A DNA stretch of 63,353 nt, the filler included, from Octopus bimaculoides (taxonomy: Eukaryota), in assembly GCF_001194135.2 (NCBI RefSeq). It is 5 parts of 5 records of this genome, joined end to end, with 100 filler letters (N's around TTAATTAATTAA, not from the genome) between each part and the next. Parts side by side here need not be neighbours in the genome. Positions count along the whole stretch, not along the records: positions 1 to 18,925 come from NC_068995.1; positions 19,026 to 43,635 come from NC_068990.1; 3 more parts are not named here. One strand, written 5' to 3'. The position numbers and the translations under genes were made by a program. Below, one piece after another: positions 12,331-25,213 of this stretch. The notes beneath the pieces are model-generated. The model worked only from the letters and a program-made list of their open reading frames with translations. It had not been told where the DNA came from and made no database searches. Numbering within the stretch: the stretch's first letter is position 1; every line of letters begins with the position of its first letter.

Positions 12331-13496
12331 TATCAGCTCGTTCTATAATTCTAAAAAAGTATTTCTTCTCAAGCGTTAACAAATGAACAGGCGATCTAAA
12401 CCGTCAGCCCAAATCGCCTGACGATATGAATACAAAATGAAGAAAAAACATGCATCTTTTATCGCGTAGTTACAATTTCTATATTAAAAGACTCAACGGA
12501 AAACGATTTTGTTAACTGATTTTGGAGTTCTGACAAAAAAGAAGTAAAAATCCAATAAGAGATAATTAGATAAGAGATTGTTGTTTCAAAAGAATTAGAT
12601 CTCCAAGATTACCAAGTCAGGAAACCGATGTTTGTTGACGAAAGATAATGTAAAGACCGATAATGTTGGCTAAAGAATTAAAAGTTGAAATATAAAAGTA
12701 TGGTTGGCGCTATATTCAGAAACTACATATGACGGTACGATTTTAGATTAAGTGGAGGTGACGACACAACGTTGACATCAAGGTTGCCGCCACAAACGAT
12801 TAGAGTAAGCAGATTAACAATATGATGAGGCTATTGTAAAAGAAATATTTTGTCTTACGAACACATTTCTCCATCAATTGGGTTGCATAAGGTAATAATG
12901 TCTATAGCCTATAGATAGATCGAATGAGGTTTAATCCTGATTGTCACAATATTGTTTTTTAAAGAAAGAGCTTTGGAATAGCAGACATGGAATCGTCCAA
13001 ACAAATGCTCAACTACATTTATTTTCGTTTTCTGATTTCTAAGTTCATATTCGTTGTCAGAACCCTTCAAGCTTTCAGCTCTTCCAAGACGAGCTAATGA
13101 AGGGGCTTCTAACGCATGGGTAGAGTGTCTACTTCTAGCTAGATATATCAACCAAATTTCCATTAAATTGCACACCGCTGTTTTAAAAAAGGATATATTA
13201 GAAAATGACGTGTTAGATAAACAGTAGCTGAAAGACCAGACAAACTAAATTATTGGTCAGCCTTATCAGGGCTTAACAATAATAATAACAATAACTGTTT
13301 GTGGTCGATAAAGTAAACACCAAACATGTTCTTGTATCGATTTTGTTAAGTGCATCTTTCTGTCGGTTAACTGGAGAAATCTTTATCAAACAGATGAGGA
13401 CTGTCCGGTAATTTAGATTAAAATATCCGACTAAATCCATCAATACGGTGCTCCAGCAAGGCTGCAGTCCAATGACTGAAACAAGTAAAAGATAAA

Positions 13497-13860
13497 TGCT
13501 AAAAAGACGAGTTGCAGTAATGCGTCGGCTTCAGCATTCTCTAATCGGAGGAAAGGAGGTAGGTGGAAAATCCAACCTCGCTACGTCCAGTTCAGTGTTC
13601 GTGCCTACCCTTACCTATGGTCATAAAGCTTGGGTAATGACTGGATTAATAAGAATCGCCGGACAGGATTTACGGGCAAAGCCAACCGGCAGGAGAACCA
13701 GAGGCAGACTACGAACTAGATGGTCGGATAAAATCCACGAGCTCGGTCGGTCTCGCTTGGGCATCCAGCCCGAAAAACGGGGGATGGCTGCTTTTTACAG
13801 GAAGGCGTATTTGAGGATCCTGCCGCCACGACCCTCCTAGGAATAAATGAGATGAGATGA
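13497..13860 (+). mobile_element. RTE-clade (Expander/Rex3-like) LINE 3' fragment, internally deleted
   Basis: VFVPTLTYGHKAWVMT and PTGRRTRGRLRTRW..LGIQPE..LRILPPRP match RTE ORF C-terminal motifs. Confidence 0.8.
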
Positions 13861-14311
13861 AAGACGACGAGCGACATAACTGATGGCATTTGGCTCAAAT
13901 CAAGGGTCATTTGAATCAAAACGATTCCTCCAAGTTGACTCAGTGATTACTTTATTGTTTACTCTACATCACTCACCATACACATTCTCTCTCTGCCTCT
14001 CTTTCTTTCTTTCTCTCTCTCTGTGTCACTCTTTATCTCTCTCTCTCTCTTTCAAACACACGTATACACACACATACACATTCTTTCTCTCATATACATA
14101 ACAAAACCACAACTCCCAAAGGTAGAATATAAAAGTAATATGTTAGTAATTAAATTATAGATGGGTTAATACCCCACCCCCAACTCTGCGCACGCACGCA
14201 CGACGACACACACACACACACATATATTTGTATGGAGTCTTAAACCCTTTTCAACTATATATATATATATATNNNNNNNNNNATATATATATATATGTGT
14301 GTGTGTGTGTT

Positions 14312-14346
<35 letters not shown>

Positions 14347-14569
14347 AACATATATGTATTTGTGCGTGTGTGTGTGTAAACATATATAAAGGTACACATT
14401 AACATACACACACATACTTATATATCACTTTCCTCGTACATCTGTAGATATAGTCGATGTAAAGTATGTAAAGTATTGCATTTCAAAGCTATAACTTACT
14501 TATCCGTGTTACAAGCACTGTAGATTTCCGCCAGCCTACTCTTCGTCTCTCATCTAAAAATATTTTTTT

Positions 14570-14725
14570 CTTTTCTACTCTAAGCACAAGGCCCGAAATT
14601 TTTGGGGAGGGGGCCAGTCGATTAGATCGACTCCAGTACGCAACTGGTACTTAATTTATCGACACCGAAAGGATGAAAGGCGAAGTCGACCTCGGCGGAA
14701 TTTGAACTCAGAACATGACGACTGA
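14570..14725 (-). mobile_element. SINE family A, 5'-truncated (A1 tail)
   Basis: Near-consensus core and tail GGCCTTGTGCTTAGAGTAGAAAAG. Confidence 0.8.
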
Positions 14726-15735
14726 CAAAGAAAGTTGTGGCGAAAGAGTCAGCAGAAGTTCGCCATTACTTCCTGCCGGAGCCGCGTGGAGCTTCGGTGT
14801 TTCGTTCATAAACACACACATCACTCATCTAAAAAATATTTACCACTCAACTGATACTCATCCAGATATCAATAAAAGCCGTAGTTTCTAACTTCGTATC
14901 TCTCTCACAGATCAATTACATAAAACATCTACTCGTATATCAGACTTTTAACGTGTTATATAGTTTCTTCTATGCGCAAAATTGAATTTATGCAAGTTCA
15001 AGAATGACACGTACTCCTGAAGATTTCATAGTATAAAACGTATGTAACATTTGTTAACATTCCAATTGTAGACTTCACTTGCAAGTTGACATAGTAATAT
15101 TTTCTCCCAAACACTTGTTTTACAACAGCTAAGTAAAGAATGTTGTTTTGCTTCACAAGAAAATGTTACTTATACATAGAAGCATACATACACAGGTATA
15201 CATATATACACATAAACATGCATACATAGATGCACACATACACATATCAGGCTTTTCTTTTTTTCTCTCTCCATCCCATCCTTCTTTCTTTCCTTCTTTC
15301 TAGGGAGTTGGTTGGCAAGTTATTTCGAAGACCGCCCGGCGTTGGCTTCGTACCACTTTCGCAGATGTCGATCTGTTTAAAGCGTTCACGGATATTCAGG
15401 TTCATCACAATGTACATTCGTAATGCGATCATAATCCGTTATTTGGAAGATCATCCAAGATCTGAGATCATCTTCAATGGGTGTCCTTTTTGTCCTAAAC
15501 CACCGATACTCCTCGTAACATAGTGTATGAATCCAGCAATGTCTCCCCCACCCCAACTGTGCTCGTAACATTAGAAAAGGGTACGTAATTCCACCCTCCC
15601 CTGTTTAAATCAGAATTAGATATAAGTATGGTGATCAACGTTTGAGAAATCATCAAGCGCATAAATCATACGTTTATAGATTATTCCTGAGATTAAATGA
15701 TGGAATATTATGTGGCTATTATCAGATTGAAAGAA

Positions 15736-15952
15736 TGCGATGAGCTAGCAGAATCGTTAGCACACCGGGCAAAATGCTTAGCGGCATTTCATCCGTCTTT
15801 ATGTTCTGAGTTCAAATTCCGCCCAGGCCGACTTTGCCTTTCATCCTTTCGGGGTCGATGAAATGAGTACCAGTTACGCACTGATGTTCGATGTAATCGA
15901 CTAGCCGCCTCCATCAAAATTTCAGGCCTTGTACCTATAGGAGAAAGGATTA
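15736..15952 (+). mobile_element. SINE family A, full length (A1 tail)
   Basis: Head, B-box GTTCAAATTCC, core CTTTCATCCTTTCGGGGTCGATG, tail. Confidence 0.85.
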
Positions 15953-16044
15953 TACGATTGAGAGTCAAGGCCCTTCACGTAGCAAGCATGCTCCGTCAGA
16001 TTGTTCACGTGCTGTTTCAAAAGTCCACTTTCTGTATATGCTTA

Positions 16045-16077
<33 letters not shown>

Positions 16078-17056
16078 ACACACACACACACACATATATA
16101 TGTGTGTATATATATATCGTATCTTTTATTTTTTACTTGTTTCAGCCATTGGACTGTAGCTATGCTGGAGCACTGCTTTAAAGGTTTTAGTGGAGCCAAT
16201 CGGCTCCAGGACTTAGTTTTTAAGTTTGATACTGATATATTCTATTGGCTTCTTTTAACGAACTGCTGCTTGACATGGACGCAAACAAACCAGCATCGGT
16301 TGTCAAGTGGTGCTGGTGGTCTGAGGCAACCAAAACGACAAACACACACACCTGCATACACATTTATATACACGACAGGCTTCCGTACATTTTCCGTCTA
16401 TGGATTTGATTGTTCAAGTTGCCGCAGAGGAACTAAACCTGTGATCATGTACTTTGAAAATCTTAATCATGCAGTCACGTCTGCGTCTGTAATATATAGA
16501 TGTTTCTACGCTCAGAATCGAACCAAGGCTGCTTGGGTGAAAGCTAAGAATCTTAACCAACACACACACACACACATATATAATTACACAAACAAAGAGA
16601 CGTGCGTATTCGAGGGCGTGTGTTTGTAAATTTCTTAAACTATAGATAAGTATTCATTAAGCAGTTACTTTCATGAAAACATACCACATATTTACTCTTT
16701 TTGCGCCTCTTTATAACAGACACGTTTTCTCTTACGCTTCATTCATTCAATACACAACAGAATTCTTTTGAAGTAACGCCTGTTCTATTGAAAAAAAATT
16801 CTAGGAACACTGTCAATGTAGTTTGATTAGTTTCATGATCTCGTTTTGTTGATGGCAGCAAAACAACTACACATGTCTTGTTATAACGCCCAGTGATTCT
16901 TCAAATCTGACTGAAAAAGGAAATCGTGTTATGACTAGTGAAAGAATAGATCTATCTCGAGATGCCTACGTGTCTTGCGTAATATATACTCGGTTGTTAA
17001 ACTTCGTCCCTTGTTTATCCTACTTATATACGGAAAATGTACGGAAGCCTGTGTGT

Positions 17057-17287
17057 TATTTCTTTACTACCCACAAGGGGCTACACACAGAGGGGACAAA
17101 CAGGGACAGACAAACGGATTAAGTCGATAATACCGACCTCAGTGCGTAACTGGTACTTATTTAATCGACCCCGAAAGGATGAAAGGCAAAGTCGACCTCG
17201 GCGGAATTTGAACTCAGAACGTAGCGGCAGACGAAATACCGTTAAGCATTTCGCCCGGCGTGCTAACGTTTCTGCCAGCTCGCCGCC
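17057..17287 (-). mobile_element. Young SINE family A (A2 tail) with 21-bp target-site duplication
   Basis: AATGTACGGAAGCCTGTGTGT at 17036-17056 and 17288-17308. Confidence 0.92.
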
Positions 17288-17547
17288 AATGTACGGAAGC
17301 CTGTGTGTGTATATGTATGTATTCGTGTGCAGAAGATTACACACATATGACATGTGTGCATGTGTGTTATGTATCAATGCATATACTTGTTGGGCCAAAG
17401 ATATCATAATCTAGAGAATTTAACAGTGTCGTCAAGGGCTCCCATGTTGACTCGCAGGAGGGCTCTCTTGTTTGGATAATTACTACTTCCGAGGTTCTGA
17501 TAGCTATGAAACATATGTAACCTGGATTTTCTCCACCCCATTCACTC

Positions 17548-17627
<80 letters not shown>

Positions 17628-18969
17628 TGTGTGTGTTATGTGCACAGGCGCTCTCATACATATTTATACGAGAAGCGGAATCAGTTACCAGTGCTCGACT
17701 GATTCATGCCTGGGAAGGGGAGCAAAACTTATTCCTCTGGAATTTGAAATACAGTTACCAGGAACAAATTTCCAACTTATGTTGTAGCAATTCAATCTGT
17801 TGACTAGTGTATCACTGTACGTGTATATTCGGTTTTGTCATTTATATATATATATGTGTAAATAAAAACAAATATATACATGTGTGTGTGTGTGTGTGTA
17901 AAGTATGAGCGTATGTATGTGTCTGTCAATATATTTATCGCTTCCTACATTCTACATTCGTACTTACCTGTAATCCCACTGCTTGCGAAACTACCAGCCA
18001 TATTCATTCAAATATGTCAGTATCGTTTCAATCTGACTTTCAGACAGACTTAATAAGTCGAAGCTATAGAAATTCTATTGTTTACCTACCGCACTTTCAA
18101 AACCAATATATACAGACAGTCACACACACTCACGCACATTAATTTCCTTATAACTTTCTTATTCAAATACACACTTTAATTTTCTGATTACTTTTTCATT
18201 CAAATCGGATATAAAATAATTTGTTGCAAATAGTGAGCTGTGATAAAGTTAATTAAGATAATTCTATCACATCCAAGAACATAATTTCAAAGTTAACGTT
18301 TTCCATTGTGCTGAAGCTGAATTGAGGCATCTTTCTTTTGTATTTGTGAATTCATCTCAGCAATGGTAAGATGATGTTCTTCCTTTCAAGGATTAGAGTT
18401 GAGATGAAGGAAAACTCATTCTTTAACAGCAGCAAACATTACCAGAACGCCTACTTCTATACAACGATATAAATGTTCCGATGGAGAAGACGCATAAAAT
18501 TGTTGCAGTATATACGTTATAGAATTCGTCACTTTTTTCTTCTCCATCTCTGTCTCTCTCATTCCCTCACTCATTCTCTCTCAGCCACCTTTTCTCAAAG
18601 CACCATATGATCATGTATGTATGTATGTATGTATGCATGCATGCATGCATGCATGCATGCATGTGGGAAATAAGACAAGGTAGAAAATGCTAAAATAATT
18701 TTATCATGAAGAACATTTTTGTACCGGTTTTAGTCATTGCGACTTTTTCAACTTAGAGTAAAGCTTGAAAAACAATTAAATTGTGGAAAAATTAAATGCA
18801 ATTAAAAAAAAACATTTCTATAGTTTTTAAATGCAAGGGACATTTTTCTTTTTTCTGCTTGTCTCTGTCTCCCTTTTTCACTCTTGTGCTTTCTAAGTAG
18901 TTAGCAGCAGCTAATTTGATTGTTTNNNNNNNNNNNNNNNNNNNNNNNNNNNNNNNNNNNNNNNNNNNN

Positions 18970-18981
18970 TTAATTAATTAA
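18970..18981. other. Assembly linker TTAATTAATTAA inside a 100-base gap
   Basis: 44 N + 12-mer + 44 N; the same 12-mer sits inside gaps at 43680, 54847 and 62069. Confidence 0.9.
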
Positions 18982-20269
18982 NNNNNNNNNNNNNNNNNNN
19001 NNNNNNNNNNNNNNNNNNNNNNNNNTATTACTATCCATATCACGTCCTCACCTTGTTGTTTTTTTGTTTTTTTGTTATTGTGTTTTTGAACTATATATAT
19101 ATATATATATATATATTTTCATATACATATACATACATGCAACCACAGACTCATACACACACATAGATATATACATACATATATGCACAGACACACTCAT
19201 ACACATACATACATACATATATACATATATGCATATATATGTAATATATGCATACATACAAACACACATACTTATATGTAATACATATATACATACATAT
19301 GCATTTATTTAACTGTCCTTTTCTTAAATACACAAGTCTTAAACACACAAGTAGAACACAAAATCTCTTGCGGCTTTATTTTCGACCCTCCTACCAGAAG
19401 TAAATTTTGCCATTCATCCTTTTTTGGGACTTATTAAAATAATGTATTGATCCAGGGTGACGGACTGTGAGAGTGCTAGTTGGGTGAGGGCGATTCCCTG
19501 TGGTATTTGTTCAGTATTTTTTCTTTCTTTCTTTACCTTCTGAATTTTTCAGGTGATTGACTTATTAAGTCGTCCAGTGCAACATCATCAACNNNNNNNN
19601 NNNNNNNNNNNNNNNNNNNNNNNNNNNNNNNNNNNNNNNNNNNNNNNNNNNNNNNNNNNNNNNNNNNNNNNNNNNNNNNNNNNNNNNNNNNNNNNNNNNN
19701 NNNNNNNNNNNNNNNNNNNNNNNNNNNNNNNNNNNNNNNNNNNNNNNNNNNNNNNNNNNNNNNNNNNNNNNNNNNNNNNNNNNNNNNNNNNNNNNNNNNN
19801 NNNNNNNNNNNNNNNNNNNNNNNNNNNNNNNNNNNNNNNNNNNNNNNNNNNNNNNNNNNNNNNNNNNNNNNNNNNNNNNNNNNNNNNNNNNNNNNNNNNN
19901 NNNNNNNNNNNNNNNNNNNNNNNNNNNNNNNNNNNNNNNNNNNNNNNNNNNNNNNNNNNNNNNNNNNNNNNNNNNNNNNNNNNNNNNNNNNNNNNNNNAT
20001 GGTCTTCTACACAGCTTCCGTCTACCAAATTCACTAACAAGGCATTGATTGGCCTGGGCCTATAGTAGAAGACTCTGGCCCAAGTTGCCGTGTAGTGGGA
20101 CTGAACCCGAAACAAGTGGTTGCAAAGTAAGCTTCTCAATCCACAGCGATGCCTGTGTCTATAAGAAAAAAAAATAACTACGGATACGCTCGACATACAA
20201 CTGCCACTTCATAGAATCGTCCCAATCCTGTCTTTTATTTCAAGTTCAATGTATCTTGGACTGATATTA

Positions 20270-20635
20270 TCCAATGAGATCTTCCATAACCACATGTTTC
20301 CGGATTGAGTCCCACTGCATGGCATCTTGGGCAAGTGTCTTTTACTATAATAGCACCGAGTCAACCGAAGAAAGCCTCGTGAGTGAATTTGGTAGACAGA
20401 AACCGAAAGAAGATATACATGCACACACATACATACATACATGCACACACATACATATGTGTGTGTGTGTGTGTGTGTGCACGCGCGCGTGTGTTTGTGT
20501 TTGTCTGCCACTGCTGATGCTGGTGTGTTTACTTCCCCGTAACTTAGCGGTTCGTTAAACTAGGCCGACAGAGTAAGTACCAGGTTGAAAAAAATAAGTA
20601 TTAGGATCGATTTGTTCAACTTAACCAGTGATTCT
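20270..20635 (+). mobile_element. Composite SINE family B with internal microsatellite
   Basis: Head at 20270-20410, (CATA)/(TG)n spacer, 3' half at 20490-20635. Confidence 0.7.
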
Positions 20636-20713
20636 CAGCCATTTTTTTTTTCTGCTTATCGACCTCTTTCGATTCCTATTTTACTCTAAGAAAATTCTCC
20701 AAAAATACTCAGG

Positions 20714-20758
<45 letters not shown>
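20714..20758. repeat. (ATC)n microsatellite
   Basis: Direct reading. Confidence 0.95.
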
Positions 20759-21120
20759 ACAGGAGTTCCCTCTGATACATATTTAGAACAAAACAACACA
20801 ATCCCCGAGGAAGTGCTATCGGCGATGTGTCGGCGGCGGTGGGTAGGTGTATGGTTGGCTGGCTGGCTTGGTGGATGTTAAATCGGATAAACACGTGTGT
20901 TTCGCATAGGACAAGGTCAGGTTATGATGACACTTTGAGAATCATAAAAACCACGAAGTAAACTGATTGACTGACTGACTGATATCAAAATAATCTCTTA
21001 AGATACTACTTTCTAATCAGCAAGACGAGCATCTATCTATATACAGGAGCTTCTATGTGGTTGCTTGACTTGTTAGAAATAGCAGTCAATTCTTCCTCAC
21101 ACCATATCCTACAGACTTAA

Positions 21121-21328
21121 CCCATTTGCATTCAAATTAGCCCGTCAAATATAATGCTTAGCTATTCACATGGTTTGGAATTAATCATGCGTTATTTCGT
21201 AGCTTCGGTACTTCGATGGCATGATTGTTTATTTTTAGAATGACATTGTAGGGTTGGTGTGAGGGGCTGGATCTGGCCACTTTTAACGTAAAACAGGGTC
21301 GGATATGGACGGTTTAAATGCTAAAGGG
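21121..21328. mobile_element. piggyBac-like MITE, degenerate
   Basis: TTAA|CCCATTTGCATT ... AATGCTAAAGGG; homologous to 34791-35006. Confidence 0.65.
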
Positions 21329-21459
21329 ATTTCTAAAAATAGGAAAAGATTTGGGGTACTGTAATCTTAATGGTGACAGATGATGCTCTGATTGGACGAA
21401 GGAAACTCAAACGATGTTTCCATTGGTTTATATTTGCAAACTGTTCATACTGTTTGCTG

Positions 21460-21610
21460 ATGACGGTTTACGTCCCCGTAACTTAGCGGTTCGGCAAAAA
21501 GGAACGATAAAGTACTAGGCTTACAAAGAATAAATCCTGGGGTCGATTTGCTCGACTAGAGGCGGTGCTCCAGCATGGCCGCAGTCAAATGACTGAAACA
21601 AGTAAAAGAG
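21460..21610 (+). mobile_element. SINE family B, 3' half
   Basis: CGTCCCCGTAACTTAGCGGTTCGGC..GGCGGTGCTCCAGCATGG..AAGTAAAAGAG. Confidence 0.85.
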
Positions 21611-21624
21611 TATATTATTATTAA

Positions 21625-21625
<1 letters not shown>

Positions 21626-21701
<76 letters not shown>
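21626..21701. repeat. (ATT)n microsatellite
   Basis: Direct reading. Confidence 0.95.
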
Positions 21702-21702
<1 letters not shown>

Positions 21703-22616
21703 TCCACAAGGCACCCCATCCAATGCTCTAATAATTCCGCCGATCCACTTCGTTGGACTGGTATATTTCATCGACCCCACTCCTCACCAAAGGATTTATG
21801 GTAAAGTTGACCGTAGGATTTCAGATAGAGAAGTTGTGACGTATAATTTACCAAATACAGTAGCAGAGCTAGGGCGTGTGCCACCCGGGGCAGCCCTCGG
21901 TTTTTCCGCTTTACTCCCACCCGTGCTCCCATAAAAAGTACATATCGCATGGAAATTTGCTCTCAAACCTTCGCCTGTTCAAAACATTCACATAAATTTG
22001 TCCTAAACGTCCATGTTTATTTTCAGACTTTTAGTTAACCCTTGTTTCATATGTTCTGAGTAATATAAAAGCTTTCCTTTCATAAGTCCCTACTTACTCT
22101 GGTGGTTGAAAAAAAAAAATTGGCGTCTATGCATCATATAAGATACATGGACGCCAAGGAAATATGTCCAGTATATCACGTGATACACAGGACAGACAAA
22201 CGGTTAAAATTATATAAATCATTTATCTGTTACTTGTTTCAACCATCCGTCTAGTATTCATTTATTTTATCGCCCCCAGAAAGTGGGAATAGGCACAATC
22301 GATCTTGACGAGTTTTAAACTCAAGAGTTTTAAGGTACACAACTTAAATACCTCAAGTTATTTTCTCCTTTACTCAATCAATTGTGCTAATCAACTTCCC
22401 TGGAAAAAAAGATTAAAACAAATGCGAATATGATAATATATTTTAAACGTGTGTTATAAATTAGTTTAACACGATTCTTTCGTAATGCAGCTATATATTA
22501 TTATATAGAGCTGAAGCAATAGTTATTTATATACATTTTTACAAAGCAAAACATTGTACTTCAAAAATCAGAACTAACATATGAATTGCTAGAACTAAAG
22601 CCTATAGCTCTCTCCC

Positions 22617-22755
<139 letters not shown>

Positions 22756-22878
22756 TTTTCACTTTTACTTATATTAACTTTGCTTTTCTCTCCCTCACTA
22801 TATATATATATATACGCGTTCATATATACACATATATATGCATATGTGTATACACGTTCACGCACACCCACGAGCGCC

Positions 22879-22926
<48 letters not shown>

Positions 22927-23574
22927 CTTACATATATCTATATACATTTATATACTTATGTGTGGGTTATGCATGAGTTGATATATANNNNNNNNNNNNN
23001 NNNNNNNNNNNNNNNNNNNNNNNNNNNNNNNNNNNNNNNNNNNNNNNNNNNNNNNNNNNNNNNNNNNNNNNNNNNNNNNNNNNNNNNNNNNNNNNNNNNN
23101 NNNNNNNNNNNNNNNNNNNNNNNNNNNNNNNNNNNNNNNNNNNNNNNNNNNNNNNNNNNNNNNNNNNNNNNNNNNNNNNNNNNNNNNNNNNNNNNNNNNN
23201 NNNNNNNNNNNNNNNNNNNNNNNNNNNNNNNNNNNNNNNNNNNNNNNNNNNNNNNNNNNNNNNNNNNNNNNNNNNNNNNNNNNNNNNNNNNNNNNNNNNN
23301 NNNNNNNNNNNNNNNNNNNNNNNNNNNNNNNNNNNNNNNNNNNNNNNNNNNNNNNNNNNNNNNNNNNNNNNNNNNNNNNNNNNNNNNNNNNNNNNNNNNN
23401 NNNNNNNNNNNNNNNNNNNNNNNNNNNNNNNNNNNNNNNNNNNNNNNNNNNNNNNNNNNNNNNNNNNGTGTGCAATAACCATATTTTAAATAGATTATCA
23501 AAAAGTCGACTCAAAAACAAACAAAATCACTTCTTGTTTACTCTTATTTCAGACCTTGCGCCTATAGTACAAAC

Positions 23575-23900
23575 AATCGTTAGAACGTCGGATAAAGTGT
23601 CTTGCGGCATTTATTTCGGCTCTTTACATTCGGATTCCAAATTTCGTCAAAGTTAATTTACCTTTCATCTTTTCGGAGAGGATGAAATAAAGTATTGGGG
23701 TCAGAGTACCGCACCGGACAAAATGCTTAGCTGCACTTCTTTCAGCTTTACGTCCTGAGTTCAAATTCCGCCGAGGTCGACTTTGCCTTTCATCCTTTCG
23801 GGCTCGATAAATTAAGTGTCAGTAAAACACTGGGGTCGATGTAATCGGCTAGTCTCCTCCTCCAAAATTTCAGGCCTTGTGCCTACAGCACAAAGGATTA
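23575..23900 (+). mobile_element. Two tandem partial SINE family A copies
   Basis: Degenerate copy at 23575-23700, then a head-truncated near-consensus copy at 23705-23900 ending in (TTA)n. Confidence 0.7.
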
Positions 23901-23906
23901 TTATTA

Positions 23907-23957
<51 letters not shown>

Positions 23958-24661
23958 AACAACTGCACTTTTTGTCTATTTTCTTTTTGTTCTTTGTTTC
24001 TCTTTCATGCTGCTCACGCAAAGGTACAAGAACTGCTAAATCCCAATGATAGCAACGGACATTGACGCGTTTTTTGATCTCACTTAATATATACAAATGA
24101 ATCAATCTTGCCATCATCTACCGGAAGAACTTCTAAAAAAGGGACATACATACATATATACATACGTACATGAACGGATAAGTAAAACCCCAGCGATCTG
24201 TTGCACTTCCTGCAGGAATCTTGCTTGCATAGTATTCGAAAAGCTGTGTAAGTGTTACATCTGATTAACAAAAGAATGATTGGTCATACTTCGGTCAATT
24301 ATTAAAGGAACATTTCACCAACCCAAGTCATATATATCAAATAGGTATGTTATAATCATCACAAAGTGAATGACAATAATTCTAATCGAGGAAAAGGGAA
24401 GTCAAGTCAATGTTACATAAGTTTCAGTGAACGAACGTCATTTATTTCATATTCCGTTATATATATGTAAATATATTTATATATAAATCTATTTATAAAG
24501 ATGCATACCTACCTTATTTAATAAACAAATCTGAAATATAAAATACATTATATACACACTCACAAACACATCACATTTTATATATATATTACATACATAT
24601 ATGACATTTACAAAAAACATATACACATGCATAAATAATACATACAATAAACAAACTAAAT

Positions 24662-25213
24662 ATGTGGTTTGTTGTTTCGTGCTACCGTAATTCGGGAGAA
24701 GAGCAGACCAAACTTAACAAACAAACGCAGTCAAACCACTGGGTTTTGGTGAGGTGCTGCGAGCAGGTACACGTACTACGCGATTCTGAAGACAAGCGGC
24801 AGTCACGGCAAAATTTCTCCTCTTCCTCCACTCGCTCTTCGTTCTCCGCCCCATTCCCCGTCAACTGCCAGAATTCTTCACCGACCCCACCGCCCAGGCC
24901 TCCCCCTCCGTTACCACAAGATCTCTACGGTTTGCGTTTTCGATCCACTCCACTTCATCACGGACACTCCTTCTCAAATAATGTTAACAATGATAATCAG
25001 GACGTCAACATTGATGAGGATTATAATGCATACAATGATAATGCATACAATGATAATGCATACAAATGTGGCGATCATAATGATAATGGTCAAGATGGTA
25101 ATGATGATGACAGGTGTCATTGTGATCAGACTGGTGATAATGATGTTGAAGATGAGGATGGTCAAGATAATACCTCATATTTTACATCGGACCAGCAGGA
25201 TTGTCAATCAAAG
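24662..25213 (+). CDS. Candidate exon encoding a low-complexity Pro-rich then Asp/Asn-rich segment
   Basis: 192-codon open frame, CpG-rich 5' half, phase-0 donor AAG|GTAAAT at 25214. No recognisable domain; GAT/AAT repeats could keep a frame open by chance. Confidence 0.35.

Noticed and set aside
12030-12386. 118-aa Pro/Thr-rich ORF
   Set aside because: Explained by a degenerate ACC/ATC low-complexity tract; no splice or homology support.
15958-16629. 223-aa ORF
   Set aside because: Crosses a (CA)n tract, an antisense SINE B half and a tRNA-like head; a patchwork with no protein signature.
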